A stretch of DNA of 63,961 nucleotides, filler included, from Octopus bimaculoides (taxonomy: Eukaryota): assembly GCF_001194135.2 (NCBI RefSeq). It is 7 parts of 7 records of this genome, joined end to end, with 100 filler letters (N's around TTAATTAATTAA, not from the genome) between each part and the next. Parts side by side here need not be neighbours in the genome. Positions count along the whole stretch, not along the records: positions 1 to 15,084 come from NC_069008.1; positions 15,185 to 26,752 come from NC_068993.1; 5 more parts are not named here. One strand, written 5' to 3'. The translations under genes were made by a program, and so were the position numbers. Position 1 is the stretch's first letter, and the number at the start of each line of letters is the position of its first letter. The notes beneath the pieces were generated by a model that was given only the letters and a program-made list of their open reading frames with translations, was not told where the DNA came from and made no database searches. Shown here piece after piece: positions 12,231 to 25,177 of the stretch.

Positions 12231-15084
12231 NCTAGCTATTTTAACAACCAACCTTGTCCCATTGCAGAGTCTGGGTGCATCAAGGTTCTCAATAGCATTG
12301 TGGGAGCTCCTGTTTTCGTGATCAGAATGTGTGGTGGAAATCCTGGTGGGTGAAGTGAATTGAGGAACTTAACTGGGTAATGTGTTGCCTGTTCTTGATC
12401 AAGGACAGAGTCAATTCATCTGTATGAACATTCAGGTCCTGGGAGCTGAGGCAACAAATTTAGATTCAGCTTGTCTTCAGCATCATTCCTTGGTGCCAGA
12501 ATTGTCCTTTCAGATAACCACTTGTGACTTTTATAGTTTGTGGCAATGTTTGGAAACACCTTGCTCTTCAGTTCTTCAAGGGAGGCAGTCATATTGCCGC
12601 ATGGGAGGTGGTGCAGACTATCTTCTGGATCTTGTGGAAGTTTGCCATTTCTAATGTCAAGTAACTTGTTGGAGAACTGTGCGGCTAACAGGTTACCACG
12701 AATGTGAACCCTCATGCTGGTTATCAGAGTAAGCTGCTTGACATGTTGCCAGATACATGAGGACCTGATTTAAGCTCTCAGCTCATCTGCCCTTGTTCCT
12801 CTGGGAATGACAGGCAGCGTTTACCTGAAGTCACCAGCTATGAAGAGGGTGACACAATCCATGATCTTATTGTTTCTGAAGTCTTGTAGTGTTGTATGTA
12901 GCTCTTCAAAGGCTGCCTTATGGGACATTGTTGCCTCATCCCAGACAATGAATTTGGCATCTGTAAGGAGCTTTGCTAACGCTGTATTCATGGATATGTT
13001 GCATAAAGGGGATTCATTTTGGATGAGGTTCAAAGGCAGCTTGAATGCTGAATGGACTGTTCCTCCACCTATTTGGAGTGTGGCTGCAATTCCAGAGGAT
13101 TCAACAGCCCAAGCAATCTTCTGTCTCACCTTGGCAAGGAGCAGGTTGATCAATAATGTCTTTCCTGTGCCTCCAGGAGCATCTAAGAGGAACCCACCTG
13201 TGTTATTGTCCACAGAATTGGTTCCTTTTTATTGACGACTGCTTGCAAACTTTCATTAGAGAGCCAACCCGATGATAAATCTGACCTTGGACCTTGGAAG
13301 TTTGCACGAATCCTGGTTCAGTCATATTTCTTGTGACTCCAAATGATGTCATCTGTAGTGCAACATTGTACTGTCTAATTTTGCTTTGGAAGCGCTTGGA
13401 ATCTTGCTCAGTTGATGGTAACAGTTTCTTTAATGGCTCTGGAAGTTTAACCTTTCCACCACTGCAGCACATTGCAGGTGTCTCTGCAGACTACTTTTTG
13501 CTTTACAATGTATGAACTCAGTTATCATTGCACCAATGGAAACTCTAGTGTCATCTGCATAATGAACTGCTGGATCATAATTGAAATCTCCTTCATAGAA
13601 GTTGCTTCTCTGAGTTGTTACAACTGCTCTTCTTTCTGCAGTGGATATCCTATTCTTGTCAGCCGTGCATACCTCTGTTCATCACTTTGAGATGCTCTGA
13701 CTTTTGTAGTGTACAGTCTGTTCATTTCTTGGCGTGCTTCCCTTTCTGCAGCTACCTCTCTTTGTCTGGACAAAGACATTCTTTTGGCTGACCTTGATAT
13801 TGTAGACACAGTTGACACTTTCCTCCTAGGCATGGTTATATTCGTATACAGAAATACACGAGTGCAGAAAAGAGTAAACAATGAAAATAACTTGGTAAAG
13901 GAAATTATGTTTCTTAATACGACGGGTAGAAAGTAAATAAAAAATTTTAGCGGAAAATAAAGTATTGTACGGGTTGAAGCAAAATTTGTCACTCAGTGAA
14001 CCACAGAGCCAGTATCGAAGGAATTAGAAAAAAACCGTCAACAAAAGAAAAACACAAAACCGTACGGATTGAAGTGAAATTTACGGAAATACTTCGGTCA
14101 GTAAATTATGAAATTACTTACATTATTAATTGTGAACTTTCTGTCAGTAATTTGAAAACTTAAACTTACAGTGAAAACAACAGCGATATATTAACAAATT
14201 TGACACTTCGTTCTGTTTCTGTGTGATTATGGCAGCAAGCTCCAGTAACTTCGCTTCAATTATGGAAACATTGAAAACAGAGAAGCATATTTTAAAAATT
14301 AAAACCGAAAGTTAAATGTTTGTTTTATAGGCATATTTAAATTGTAATTAAACATATTTTAATTATTTGTTTAATGTTTGTTTCTTTTTGTCATTCAGCA
14401 TTGAAGTGGTTGTGAGGCGAGCTAAAAATAACAGCTAAATAAATTGTTTTGGATAAATCTTTTAAATTTAAGTTTATATGCCAACATCTCGCTCAGAGAT
14501 ATAAAACTAGTTTTCTCTTTTGAATTAACATAAACATTTATTTACATGAAAGAAAATTACCGGAGAACTTTCATCTAATTCTTCTAAATCTTTCTCTTAA
14601 CAATTGTAATGTGGTTATCGCATTCGCATTAAACACTGGCGGTTGTGAGGTGTGCTAAAAATAACAGCTAAATAAGATTTAATTACATGAAAGAAAATTA
14701 CCGGAAACATAACACGTATTGTTTACAAATATTGACAACACGTGCTATTTTCAGGATATTGACGACAAAATGTGCAGTCACGCACAAAATGACAGCTTCC
14801 AAATTCTGCTTCCTGATTAGGTGAGAATGATCAATCTTTAAACCGCTATAACTTTTTCAAAACATTTTTCTGGAAAAAAAGGAATAACTCCCGCAGTTCA
14901 GTTTGGGCAAGTGTATTATTGTGCCAAATTTAAAAAAATTCGGTAAACTTTAATTTTTAGAGCCGCTGGCCACCAAACAGAAAAGATCCTACATATCTAT
15001 ATGTATGCATGTATGTATGCATGTATGTATGTATGTATGTATGTATGTATGTATGTATGTATGTATGTATGTGTGTGTGTATGT
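12231..15084 (-). mobile_element. Helitron, defective, with Rep (HUH) domain deleted
   Basis: ATG at 13833 (MPRRKVS...REARQE...SQSDEQRYARL), then CCSGGKVKL...IRQYNVALQMTSFG...QGQIYHRVGSL. This joins at ~13255 to PIF1-type helicase motifs DAPGGTGKT, SSGIAAT, IVWDEATM, GDFR and RTILAPRND. The 5' non-coding part has the typical AAATTTGGCAC motif and an (ATGT)n microsatellite running into a gap. Confidence 0.9.
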
Positions 15085-15329
15085 NNNNNNNNNNNNNNNN
15101 NNNNNNNNNNNNNNNNNNNNNNNNNNNNTTAATTAATTAANNNNNNNNNNNNNNNNNNNNNNNNNNNNNNNNNNNNNNNNNNNNATTCACTTGAACAAAA
15201 CTGTACAAATACAAATATATGGTACCCTAGGCATAACACCTACATGAACTTCTAACTTGTTGTCTCTTGAGGTCTCTGGGTGAGACTTGGATCCAACTTG
15301 TACAAATGCAAAACAAAAGTCAAACATAA

Positions 15330-15412
<83 letters not shown>

Positions 15413-15500
15413 TGATGAGAAGAAGAAGAAGAAGAAGAAGAAGAAGAAGAACAACAACAACAACAACAACAACAGCAACAACAACAACAACAACAACAAC
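15330..15500. repeat. Compound (TAA)n-(GAA)n-(CAA)n trinucleotide repeat
   Basis: Directly visible. Confidence 0.95.
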
Positions 15501-15502
15501 AA

Positions 15503-16150
15503 TCTATATATGCATAAAATCCATTGTCTCTCTGTTCTCAATTCATTCTGAAACGGCTCAACTAAATCATATCAAATTTTACATGGTAATACTATCAGAC
15601 CCCGCGAGTGTCAACATGTAAGTTTTTTTAATTAAATCAATGCAATATTGATACTGGTTCCGTATTACGTGTCAAAACTCGAAGAATAAAATTGAAAGAA
15701 TAACATCTATATTGTAATAAAGGTGAAAGAATAACATTTATATTATAATAAAAGTGAAAGAATATCTATATCGTAACAAAAGTGAAAGAATAACATCTAT
15801 ATTGTAGTTTGATATAATGTTTTACTTTTAAACGTTTATTTTTAATTCTTTCCACAACAACGACGACAGCGTAACATTTGTATGTTTCTGTGTATCTGTC
15901 TGTGAATGTATGTGTGTGAATGTATGAGTGCGTATATGACTCATAGTGTGCGAGTTTTTCCACGTTAGATACGTTATCAAACATACTGTTTCACCTTTAT
16001 ACTTTACTTTTAGCTCTAATCATAACGACGACGTGTGTGAGTGTATGGGAGTGTATATGACTCAGTGTGTGTCCTTCCGTGTTCGGTACGTTATTGTAGA
16101 AGGTATGTTGTTCCTTCGGTCAGCCAGGCAGGTATTTTCTCTGGGTTCTA
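15503..16150 (+). mobile_element. Non-autonomous Helitron-like element with internal ~30-34-bp tandem repeat
   Basis: Starts A|TCTATATATGCATAAAA followed by GAAACGGCTCAAC...AAATTT. Four copies of AAAGTGAAAGAATAACATCTATATTGTA at ~15690-15810. A possible CTAG end lies near 16150; the right boundary is uncertain. Confidence 0.45.
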
Positions 16151-16366
16151 GATGAGATCAGTTAGGGTGGCAGCAAAATTTTGGAGTTCTTCTGTCAAAC
16201 GATTCAGCCAGAATTTAGGGATCCGTTCCACTCATGTTGTTCTCCATTTGTGAATATTTCTAAGAACGCATTTTAACTCATTTACATTTACTATATTGTC
16301 TCCCATTTCTTCTCTTCAACTTCATCCGGTTTCAATTTTACATGTGCTAGCCAGCGAGCTTCAGTA

Positions 16367-16794
16367 GTATTATTATTATTATTATTATTATGATTATTAT
16401 TATTATTATTATTATTATTGTTGTTCAGTAGTTTTATTTTTATAACGTGCTTCCACTTCACTACCGAGCGCAGCTCTGTGCGCCTTGGGTATGTGCTGTT
16501 GTTTGCTGTGGTGCTCTTATGGTTACTGTATTGAACGTGCTTTGCGTAGGATGTGTGCAGTGCCCAGTAGTGCAATTTTCTGTATGTTATATATATTTGT
16601 AAGTCCTGGTGTTTTTGTTACGTATTTGTCAATATTTTTTTATTATACCTAAGGCACCTACTATGATAGGAATTGTTTCTGTTTTTAGATGCCACATTCG
16701 AGTTACCTCTATTTCCAGGTCTTTGCATTTTGAAAGTTTTTTCCATTTCTTTTAGAGAAACGTTGTCATCTGCTGGTATCATTATTATTATTAT
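16367..16794 (-). mobile_element. 5'-truncated young R4/Dong-type LINE copy between (TAA)n runs
   Basis: Body 16424-16780 translates IPADDNVSLKEMEK-LSKCKDLEIEVTRMWHLKTETIPIIVGALG (RLE E..K..K motif, one extra A). Near-identical to 3-276. TAA repeats on both sides (16367-16420, 16781-16794). Confidence 0.8.
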
Positions 16795-16898
16795 GTTAAG
16801 GAAAATGTTCGTGTGCCAAAATTCGTAGACTAATCTTTTGCTGCTAGTAACAAACTTCCTCTCTCCTTCATTTCTGCAACCACAACCACGTCTACTTA

Positions 16899-17113
16899 CG
16901 AAGGAGTACTGAAACGGCCTGACCTTAAGGGTATCATGAAATGTCTGGGCTGAGGCCCAATTTCCGAGTTCTTTTACAAGACTTAGAAAAACTGAAGGAC
17001 CGCTGCAATAAGTGTGTGAACCTGAGTGGGGAATATCTTGAATAAAATCATAATTAAGTGATCCTCCTGTATTTTCTTTTACCCGAAGCCAGGAACTATT
17101 CAGCGCACCCTCG
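16899..17113 (+). mobile_element. mariner-derived non-autonomous element (TA-flanked)
   Basis: TA|CGAAGGAGTACTGAA at left and TTCAGCGCACCCTCG|TA at right form imperfect TIRs. Internal EFFYK-LEKLKDRCNKCVNLSGEYLE* is a mariner transposase C-terminus. Confidence 0.8.
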
Positions 17114-17119
17114 TATCAC

Positions 17120-19560
17120 TAATTTCAGCAAATACCTTTGAAAATCCGCCAGTCAGAAAATTTTGCTTCTTTTTTGGTCTTTAACTACATTTAGCTTTGG
17201 ATTCCCTCTCTCGAACTGTTACACTAGTAACGCATAGTAAAATTTCCTATATTTAGTCTAGCTAACTCTACACAGTATTCTGTTGATATCAAACCACTAC
17301 TACCTTCATTTCTAGGTAGATACAATCTGCTATTCCTCTCAGCTAATATTGAATTTCTTACTAGTGCTCCTGTTTAGATTTACTAATTCAGATTCTGTCT
17401 AATTTCGAAAAACTGCTGAACTTTTAAGTAACTAGATTCGAACCATTTAGCTTTCAAATGACTAATTTACTCATTCTTCTAGTGTATTTTTTCTCAACGT
17501 TCTCTTTCATTTCTATAGTTTGTAATCTGTCGGATTATAATACTCCTAGATACTTATATATTTCTCCTTCTTTCAGTGACTTTAATGCCTGACCGTCTGG
17601 TAACTTAATGCCTTCACTGCTGTCTACCTAACCCTGTGATTAATATTGTGCACTTATCTATGCCAAATTTCATATTTATATCGTTGCTAAAGTGTCTTAC
17701 AGTTCATATAGAAGAATATATCTCTTTTTTATTCTTCCTAAAGAGCTCCAGATCTTCCTTGTTGCGCAAATGATCACCTTTTCACCTACTGTCACTTAAC
17801 TAGTATCCTGCATTTGCCCTTCTCAGTACTAAACCAAATACTGAAAGATTACTAAAATATTAAATGAGATAACGAGTTTCCTCTGAAAATAACTTTGAAA
17901 ATAACTTTCTCTAAGATTATGTCATCCGAATAGAAATCTAGTTTTCATTTCTTGATGCTATAGCTAATTAAATCTCTCATGTTGTCTGCATGAGTGTGGT
18001 ATCATATGATAGGCGTCCTTATAATCTATCCATGGCATTGCTAAATTAAAAAAGAATTCTTCCTAGATTTTACATCTTTTCAAAGCACTTTGTTTATGTA
18101 AAATACATTATGCGTACTTGTAGCCAACTTTCTCTTCTTCTGGCTCATAAATGTTTCCTGGGAGTATTCCTGTTAACACAGTTCTTGCTAACGGTTAGTA
18201 AGTTACTAGCTTTATTGCTCTTGATTTTAACTTTTATAATGAGTACAGTCGGCCCTCTAGTCACCCATTGTGGTAGAACTCCTCCATTCAGGCAATCCTG
18301 AAACTATTTTGTTAGTCTCCCATGTAAGATTCTAAATTTCTTTAACCGCCCTGGAACTCAAATATGGCCATGGGCAGTTTCAATTCGGCATTCTTCCTAG
18401 CACTTTACTCATTAATCCACTCCTTAGTTTTAAATCTGGCTGCTTCTCCCTAACTATCTTTTCCATTACCTTCTTTAACCATGATGCATCCTCATTATGA
18501 TTAACTTGCTTATCTCACATATAACTTCAGAACGTTCTAGCTTCTTCTTCTCTTCTTTAGTATTTTCTTCTACACTAAGTATTTGAAGATAAAAATGTCC
18601 GCTGGCATGTCTCGAGCAAACAATCTAATTCGTTGATATTAATGTATTCTTTTCTTATATCTAGAAAGCTTTCCTACTATTTCTACGACACGCTGTTTCA
18701 GGTCTTCCATTACTGTCCCAAATACCTTTTCTTTGACTAAGTAATTTATCTCAAGAGGAGATTTAAATCTTGAGTTTCCTAACTTGTCTTATTTCAAAGC
18801 TTCTATTCTACTCAGATCTTAAGTCTTAAGATCTTCATTTTATTTTTCTTATTTCCCCTTCCACATTTACTCCTTCCTATTCTTTCCTTTTGGAATCCCC
18901 GGTCTGGTAGTAACTACTACCTCTACTGCATACATCAATAAGTTAGTGTCCCCTATATTTCTAGTATCATTCCTTTTGATAACAGTATCGACTTTCCCAC
19001 TAATTTCGAGCAACGCCTTACTATTATCATCTTTTAATGCAGGCAATTTATTCCTTCTTCCTTACTCATTATTCCCTTCAGCTCCACTAAAATCTGATTT
19101 TCATCATTTAAATCACTAGTGTCAGTTTTCCTTCCCTGATTGGTAGTACGATTATTTTCTTGTGAGCTCTTCCTTGGCTTGGACTACATCACTTATGCAT
19201 ATTGTTCTATCCTGGTTTGTGTTGTTGGGCTGTTATAATTTTGGTCTTTCTATTTTAATTATCTTGTGATATCTTCTGCATCTAATTCTGTCATCCACTT
19301 ATTTCTCCTAACAGTATTATCCTGGATCACTAGTCTCTGCTCTGTTACATCAAACATGTTTTTCTTTAACCAAAGGAGTTTCCTTTAATCATTTAGGGTT
19401 AGGGTTAGAGTTTAATTTAGGTTCAATTTTCAAGCAGCATTGCATCACTACTCTGTTCTCTTCATTTTTCCATTTCCTCCTCATCACCCTACTGCGTACG
19501 GATGCTGTCTGAGAATAACAATTGAGGTCAATCTGCATTTGTACTAAACTATTTCTCAGC
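17120..19560 (-). mobile_element. Old, heavily decayed near-full-length R4/Dong-type LINE
   Basis: In order on the minus strand: RRKWKNEENRVVMQC, MFDVTEQRLVIQ...RRNKWMTELD, MPN(W)K, PQWVTRGPTVLI, DYKDAYHMIPHS, LRRANAGY...DLELFRK. These are N-terminal and RT motifs of RLE LINEs, with many stops and frameshifts. Confidence 0.7.
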
Positions 19561-19640
19561 AAGAGACTTTTCCTGAATGGCCCAGCTCCATTTAAACTCT
19601 TACCACTAGGAAAACTCATTCTCTCATAAACTGAGGTAAG

Positions 19641-19855
19641 ATGATGCTTATGTCTTTATTGTGGGAGCCTCACCATGTATCTGATATTGATTTTCCCCTC
19701 CCTTTTCCTGGTAAACTTAATCTTAGTTTCGAGATTCTAACTGATCAATTTTATATGCTACTTGGTCTTACTTTCTCACCTGATAAATCTTGGGATTCTT
19801 ACATGCAGTCAAAGTGTAGGTCTGCTTCAAAAAAAATCTCAGCCACTTTTTGAAG
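19641..19855 (+). mobile_element. CR1/Jockey-like LINE RT C-terminal fragment
   Basis: LLGLTFSPDKSWDSYMQSKCRSASKKI resembles the LG(V)T(I)S.DL.W..HI..I...A.K motif. Confidence 0.55.
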
Positions 19856-21168
19856 ACACAAATAGTCTTTGAAAAAATAGAAGGACCCATTTGTCAAGTT
19901 TGTACTGTTTTATGTGCGCCATCAATGGAAGAATTGCCCTCTGAAAAATCCGTAGCTTATAGCTAATTACTGAGCATTAAAATAAGCATTGGTTAAATTA
20001 GTTTGGTAAATGACCAACACAGTAGATGGGCTGACAACTTGAATTCTTGAATTCATTCCTAGTGTACCATACGGCACTTTTAGCTTATTTAGATTGTAAG
20101 TTATATACATTTCAATAACTTACACAGTTAGACTAGATTATATAATGTTCAATTGTAACAGCGTAACCAAATTTAAAATATATTATTAAAAAGTGTATAT
20201 GTATAAAAAATTATGTACGTACATTTGTATAGCTATGCGTGTGCTAAATAATAGTGCGCTAAACTTATTCTTTCGTTTTCAACCTTTGGATTAACATTCA
20301 GTTTTAGCTTCACTTACAGAAATATAAATGCTGTGATGTAAGAAAATATTTACTTTACAGAGAAGCTAAAATTGTCTATTTATAACAAAAGATGTATATC
20401 CTATAATTGAAACGTTCTACAACAGCTGCTTATTGTTCAATGCATTTATTGATATGCACTGTCAGCATATTAGACACTCCAGAGGCAATTTCTGTCCCAG
20501 TACATATTATATTTAATATGGTATTAGCTGCTCTGATTAAATTTAATATTTTCCAGATAACCTCCACCTTTACCTTTTTGAAAACTTTTGTGAGATTAAT
20601 GATGCATATTTTCTGTTTTCTCCCTCCTACTGTTTATGCAAACGGCTTAAATATGCATACCATACAGGTGATCGACAGGCCCAACCTAGTCACGTTGGGA
20701 TTGATATTCAATATTCCTTACGTTCATTCTCTTCAATATGTGATGAACCAAAATTTTACTGACAATATTGAAGAAAATTCTACGACAAAATAATTAGGTA
20801 CAATTTGTTTTTGAAAGAAAATTTGATGGAGGCTTCATTAAGTTTGTGAGAAACAAGTCTGTTAATCTAAATTAACAAATTGAGACACAAATTTAAACGT
20901 GTTTACAAAGCAATTTCCAGCCATATAATTGAAGTCGACGGGAAATATGCCATCCGGACCAATGGACATCGTTAACGAAATTCATGTGATTGCAGTGTGA
21001 ACTACATGCATCTTAAGTTTATTAGGAAATTGTGCATATTCTGGCTTTTGTCAGACTACTACAATTTATCATCTTCAGTAGTTGTGTCGGCATTCAGTAA
21101 AGATTAAGTTTGTTCTTCTATAGCACAAGTACACGCAAGCATAAAAATCTCATTCATATATATAGAGA

Positions 21169-21251
21169 TATTAATATTTAGCAGAAGCAACAGAGTGACT
21201 GACAATCCGAGAGTTTCGTGCGTACTCTGTTGCTTCTGCTAAATATTAATA
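21169..21251. repeat. Perfect 28-bp inverted repeat with 27-nt loop
   Basis: TATTAATATTTAGCAGAAGCAACAGAGT (21169-21196) is the exact reverse complement of 21224-21251. Confidence 0.9.
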
Positions 21252-21345
21252 AGAATATGCATATTCTCATATTTTGAGTTCTATTTTTTATATTTACATC
21301 AACGTACATACATAAGTATATATATATATATATATNNNNNNNNNN

Positions 21346-21382
<37 letters not shown>

Positions 21383-22594
21383 GCATACATACATACGTAC
21401 ATATATATATATATGTATAAATATAAGTGTGTATGTATATATTATCAATCCATTTCAACAATCCTCTCCCTCTCTATCATTTCATGTGTATATAGATATG
21501 TGTGTGTTTGTGTGCGTGTGTAAAGAGAGGGGGAGAGGGCGAGAGAGAGTGAAAGAAAATATAATAACTGGTGGTAAAAGATTCAAGTGCTATTCATCAT
21601 TCGGATTCAACTGACTGGCAGATCACATTGATTATACAGTTCTAATCCAATATCAATATCAAAAATAATAATACGGAATTTAGAGAGGTTATTACCTGGT
21701 AGGGTCCGTGTATAATGATAGAATTGCTAATGTTTAACAGACTGCACGGTTTATTATGTTAAGAATCCTTTGAAATATTATGAAAGAAATATGGTTAGCT
21801 TTAATTCAGAAACCAATAAATATACGTTGTGTAAGTAGTAGAACGGTTTTAGATTTCAACTCGGAAAGTGAATGCAAAATCCTTTCTCTTTCAAAAATAT
21901 CCAGACTTAATACTAGAGAAAAAAATGTGATGTTTTTATATTCAACAAATTTTAGTGAGTGTACAGGAAAAAGAATAATAAAGGAGTGAAATTTTTATAT
22001 GTTCTCCCTAACAGGACAATATTTCTTCGATATAATTCAACGATTTATAACTGCAAAGTTATGGGTTTTACTAGAAAATTGTGGGTGCCAATCCATTTAA
22101 AATATCATACCGGGTACATTTTTTATGATATTTCGTGCACAACTAGCCATTGCATACATCTAACAGCACATAAACTTACTTCCCGCGAATATAATTTAGA
22201 ACGAATCAGTGAGGAATATTTCTGTATCGAATACCATCGTTGGATAATGTCTGTTAAAGACAGGGTGGTCATCGTTAGAGTAGCATTGTTTGATCAGTGC
22301 TGAATTGCCACTAAGCCACATCAATGACGCACTAGTATTGGAATGACAGGTAATCCAATATCGTATTCGTTTTTTTCCTTTGCATCTGCAATTTCAACTA
22401 ATAAAATATTTACTAGAGAATATTCTTCATTTCTTTTTCTCTATTCCCGTCTCTTTCTCAATCTTTTACTCCCCACACGCGTTTCTTCCTTTCACCCTTT
22501 CACCAAGTATTCCGCATTTCTCACAACACAAACAACACACAGACACACATATTTATACATATACAGACATATATACACCATATATATACATACA

Positions 22595-22689
<95 letters not shown>

Positions 22690-23290
22690 GTGTGTGTTTG
22701 TGTGTATTTGTATTTATGGATGAATGTATGTGTGTGTATCACAAGCAGAAAGATGCGTATACACGTATACATCTGCCACAGATGCAAGTCAACACTCGGA
22801 AGCACGCACAAATTTCAGGCACACAACCACTTACATTCATTTTCTTTCTACCTCTCACTCCTTTTTCTCGAGAAAATAAATTAGCTCTGTGCATGCAGTA
22901 ATTTTTACTTTGGAAAAGCTTCTATAGCCATGCTATGTTTATTTATTAACTAGCAATCTAATGCAAGTAGAATCACGCTGACCCTGAGGTTCTGCCACTT
23001 ACACATAGGTCATGAATTGAAATCTATTATAGGGCACATCGAAACGCAGCTGTCGTACTATGTCAAGTGACAGTTATGCAATGTGTTGTCACAAGGCACC
23101 AAGAGCTCCCGCCAACATACAAATGCATATATCAATCTACTACCACTTGAAGGAGATGGTTAATGAAATAAAGTAATTAATGCTTGCTAAATGTACCTCA
23201 CCATAATTACTCATAAATTTACTGATTATTGTTGTGAACAATTGGCACACATGTGCTGCTACACAATCACTCAATATGTGTGTGTTTGTA

Positions 23291-23460
23291 AGGTGACGAG
23301 CTGGCATAATCGTTAGCACGCCGGGTAAAATGTGTTGTGTCATTTCTTTCACTTTTACGCTCTATGTTGAAATTTGGCGAGTGTTAATTTTCATCCTTTC
23401 ATTCGTTCAGGGTCAGTAAAATAAGTGCCTGTTGAGCACTGGCGGCGATGTAATCAACTT
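23291..23460 (+). mobile_element. tRNA-derived SINE (GGCGAGCTGGCAGAATCGTTAG family), diverged
   Basis: Colinear with the better-preserved copy at 29822-30049. Confidence 0.7.
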
Positions 23461-23559
23461 ATACCCACACCTGTAACTATTACTAAAACTTCAGGATTCT
23501 ATTTTAATCATTCTTTTTCAAATGGTGTACAGCCATTGTTGTTGAGAATTGATCCCGAC

Positions 23560-24295
23560 AACGACCGCCTTACCGTTTCGGTCATCCGGCCTTTGGAAGC
23601 TTTGCGTGGTGGGAGCGAAGCATTCAGCTTCCAGTAATGTGTTCCCTGCTTCCGGAACCTAGTCAACTGTAAAGATCCAACATTTGTGGTCTGTTTAGCC
23701 GACTATTTTGAATAGTGGATAATCTACACTGCATCACCTACTGATATAGAAGATACGTTATCTAAATGATTTTGGGATGACCTAATGCAATTTTTCCACG
23801 TTCACATTCGAGAAATCCACTCGGTACGAATTTCGAAAGGTCTCAGCATATTTCTTGATCGCCTTTCTTGAAAGACTTTTTACACCTCTTTTCTACCCTC
23901 AAAATCCAGGCGCTCATTTAAGATACCGTTACAATTTTCGCACTAAGGAGAACGATTTCCATAGAAACACTACTGACACCTAAAGTAAAATGGTCTTTTT
24001 CTTCGGGAGCAGATAGACGCTACGAGTGTCTAAAGGCATGTCCATCCCTGCTGGCCAAGTCTAGTCCCACCAACGTACATTCGGCTTCTTTTATGGTCCG
24101 TATGTTGAGAGCCTTTCCGAAACAACGCAGCGACGCGTAAATCTCGCTTGAAACTAAATGGTGCGCGAGGTTCGTGGATAGGAAATCCTAGTTTTACTGA
24201 TGGCCAACACATCTATATCTAATAATGTAAGGTCGTTGTGTAGGTAGCGCTGCTTCCAAGGCACCACTGAAGCTACATTCTTTTATACTGCCGAT
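23560..24295 (-). mobile_element. L1/Tx1-clade LINE apurinic endonuclease fragment
   Basis: Minus translation gives LLDIDVLAISKTR, VAALFRKG, TDHK and YWKLNASL, which are APE motifs plus the Tx1-like WKLNxSL signature. Frameshifted. Confidence 0.65.
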
Positions 24296-25124
24296 TCTCG
24301 GCGAGAAAATGTTAATCAACAAGAAAGAAATGAAAGAGGAAATTGTTTATTCAGCTTAAATTTGTGGAGAAGTAGGGGATAGATATTCCGTTCCTTTGGT
24401 ATAACATAGACGTTTCCAGAAACAAGTCCATCTAGAAGTATGTTGTCAATGTCCCTTAGAAGTCTTCTCCTTCAGGCTATATGCTTTTTTTTCTTTTTTC
24501 TTAGGATGATTTTATGGGTGTTGTTTTGTTGTTTATTTGTATAGTGAAATATCTCTGTGTGACGTCTCTGAGCTTCTGCATGTTCCGATCTGTTCCAACA
24601 GTATTTTATTGTTTGTGTTTATAGCTGTAAAGTTGGTATTTCTTTACTGTTGTCCTTTTTGGTTTGTGGGAAAGATGAGATTTGGTGTGGATTGTGAGTT
24701 AGAATGTTAAAACTAATGCTTATGCACTGCAACTTTGAAGGTCAATGTGTGCCAAGCGACTTCACACTGCAAGCCTTAGCTTCGTTATATGTCAACGGTC
24801 CGGATACTTATTGATCAGACCACATATATATTATTTTACTTATTTCGTATGTTTTTAGGCCCAAAGTTTGTGGCCGGCAGTTAGTGGAGAAAAACAATAA
24901 CATAATAGGTTTTCCAAGAACTAATTCCTTCCTTGATTTCGGAAGCCACAATATATTTTTCTGAATATATGCTTTTTAGAACTGAAAATCCAAAATTTTG
25001 ACTGAAAGGGGTGCACACTTAATAATGTCATCTTTACTTAGTGGACGCTATTTGGCATAATACAAATAATTATCTTTAAATGAACAAAGTTCAACAATAC
25101 CTCCCGAGCTACACAAAGAGACGT

Positions 25125-25177
<53 letters not shown>

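Noticed and set aside
11442-12321. Long ORFs made mostly of X (also 50268-51092, 52551-53720, 58731-59588)
   Set aside because: Read-through of N gaps.
15129-15140. TTAATTAATTAA islands inside N runs (also 26797, 51839, 57641, 61435, 62900)
   Set aside because: Identical 12-mer always flanked by Ns; an artificial scaffolding spacer with stops in all frames, not biology.
20407-20793. 128-aa hydrophobic ORF suggesting a membrane protein
   Set aside because: TTG start, no recognisable motif, and composition explained by AT-rich DNA; no splice support.
21959-22303. 114-aa ORF, and a minus-strand GTAAGT donor at 22179
   Set aside because: GTG start and no family similarity; cannot be supported without transcripts.
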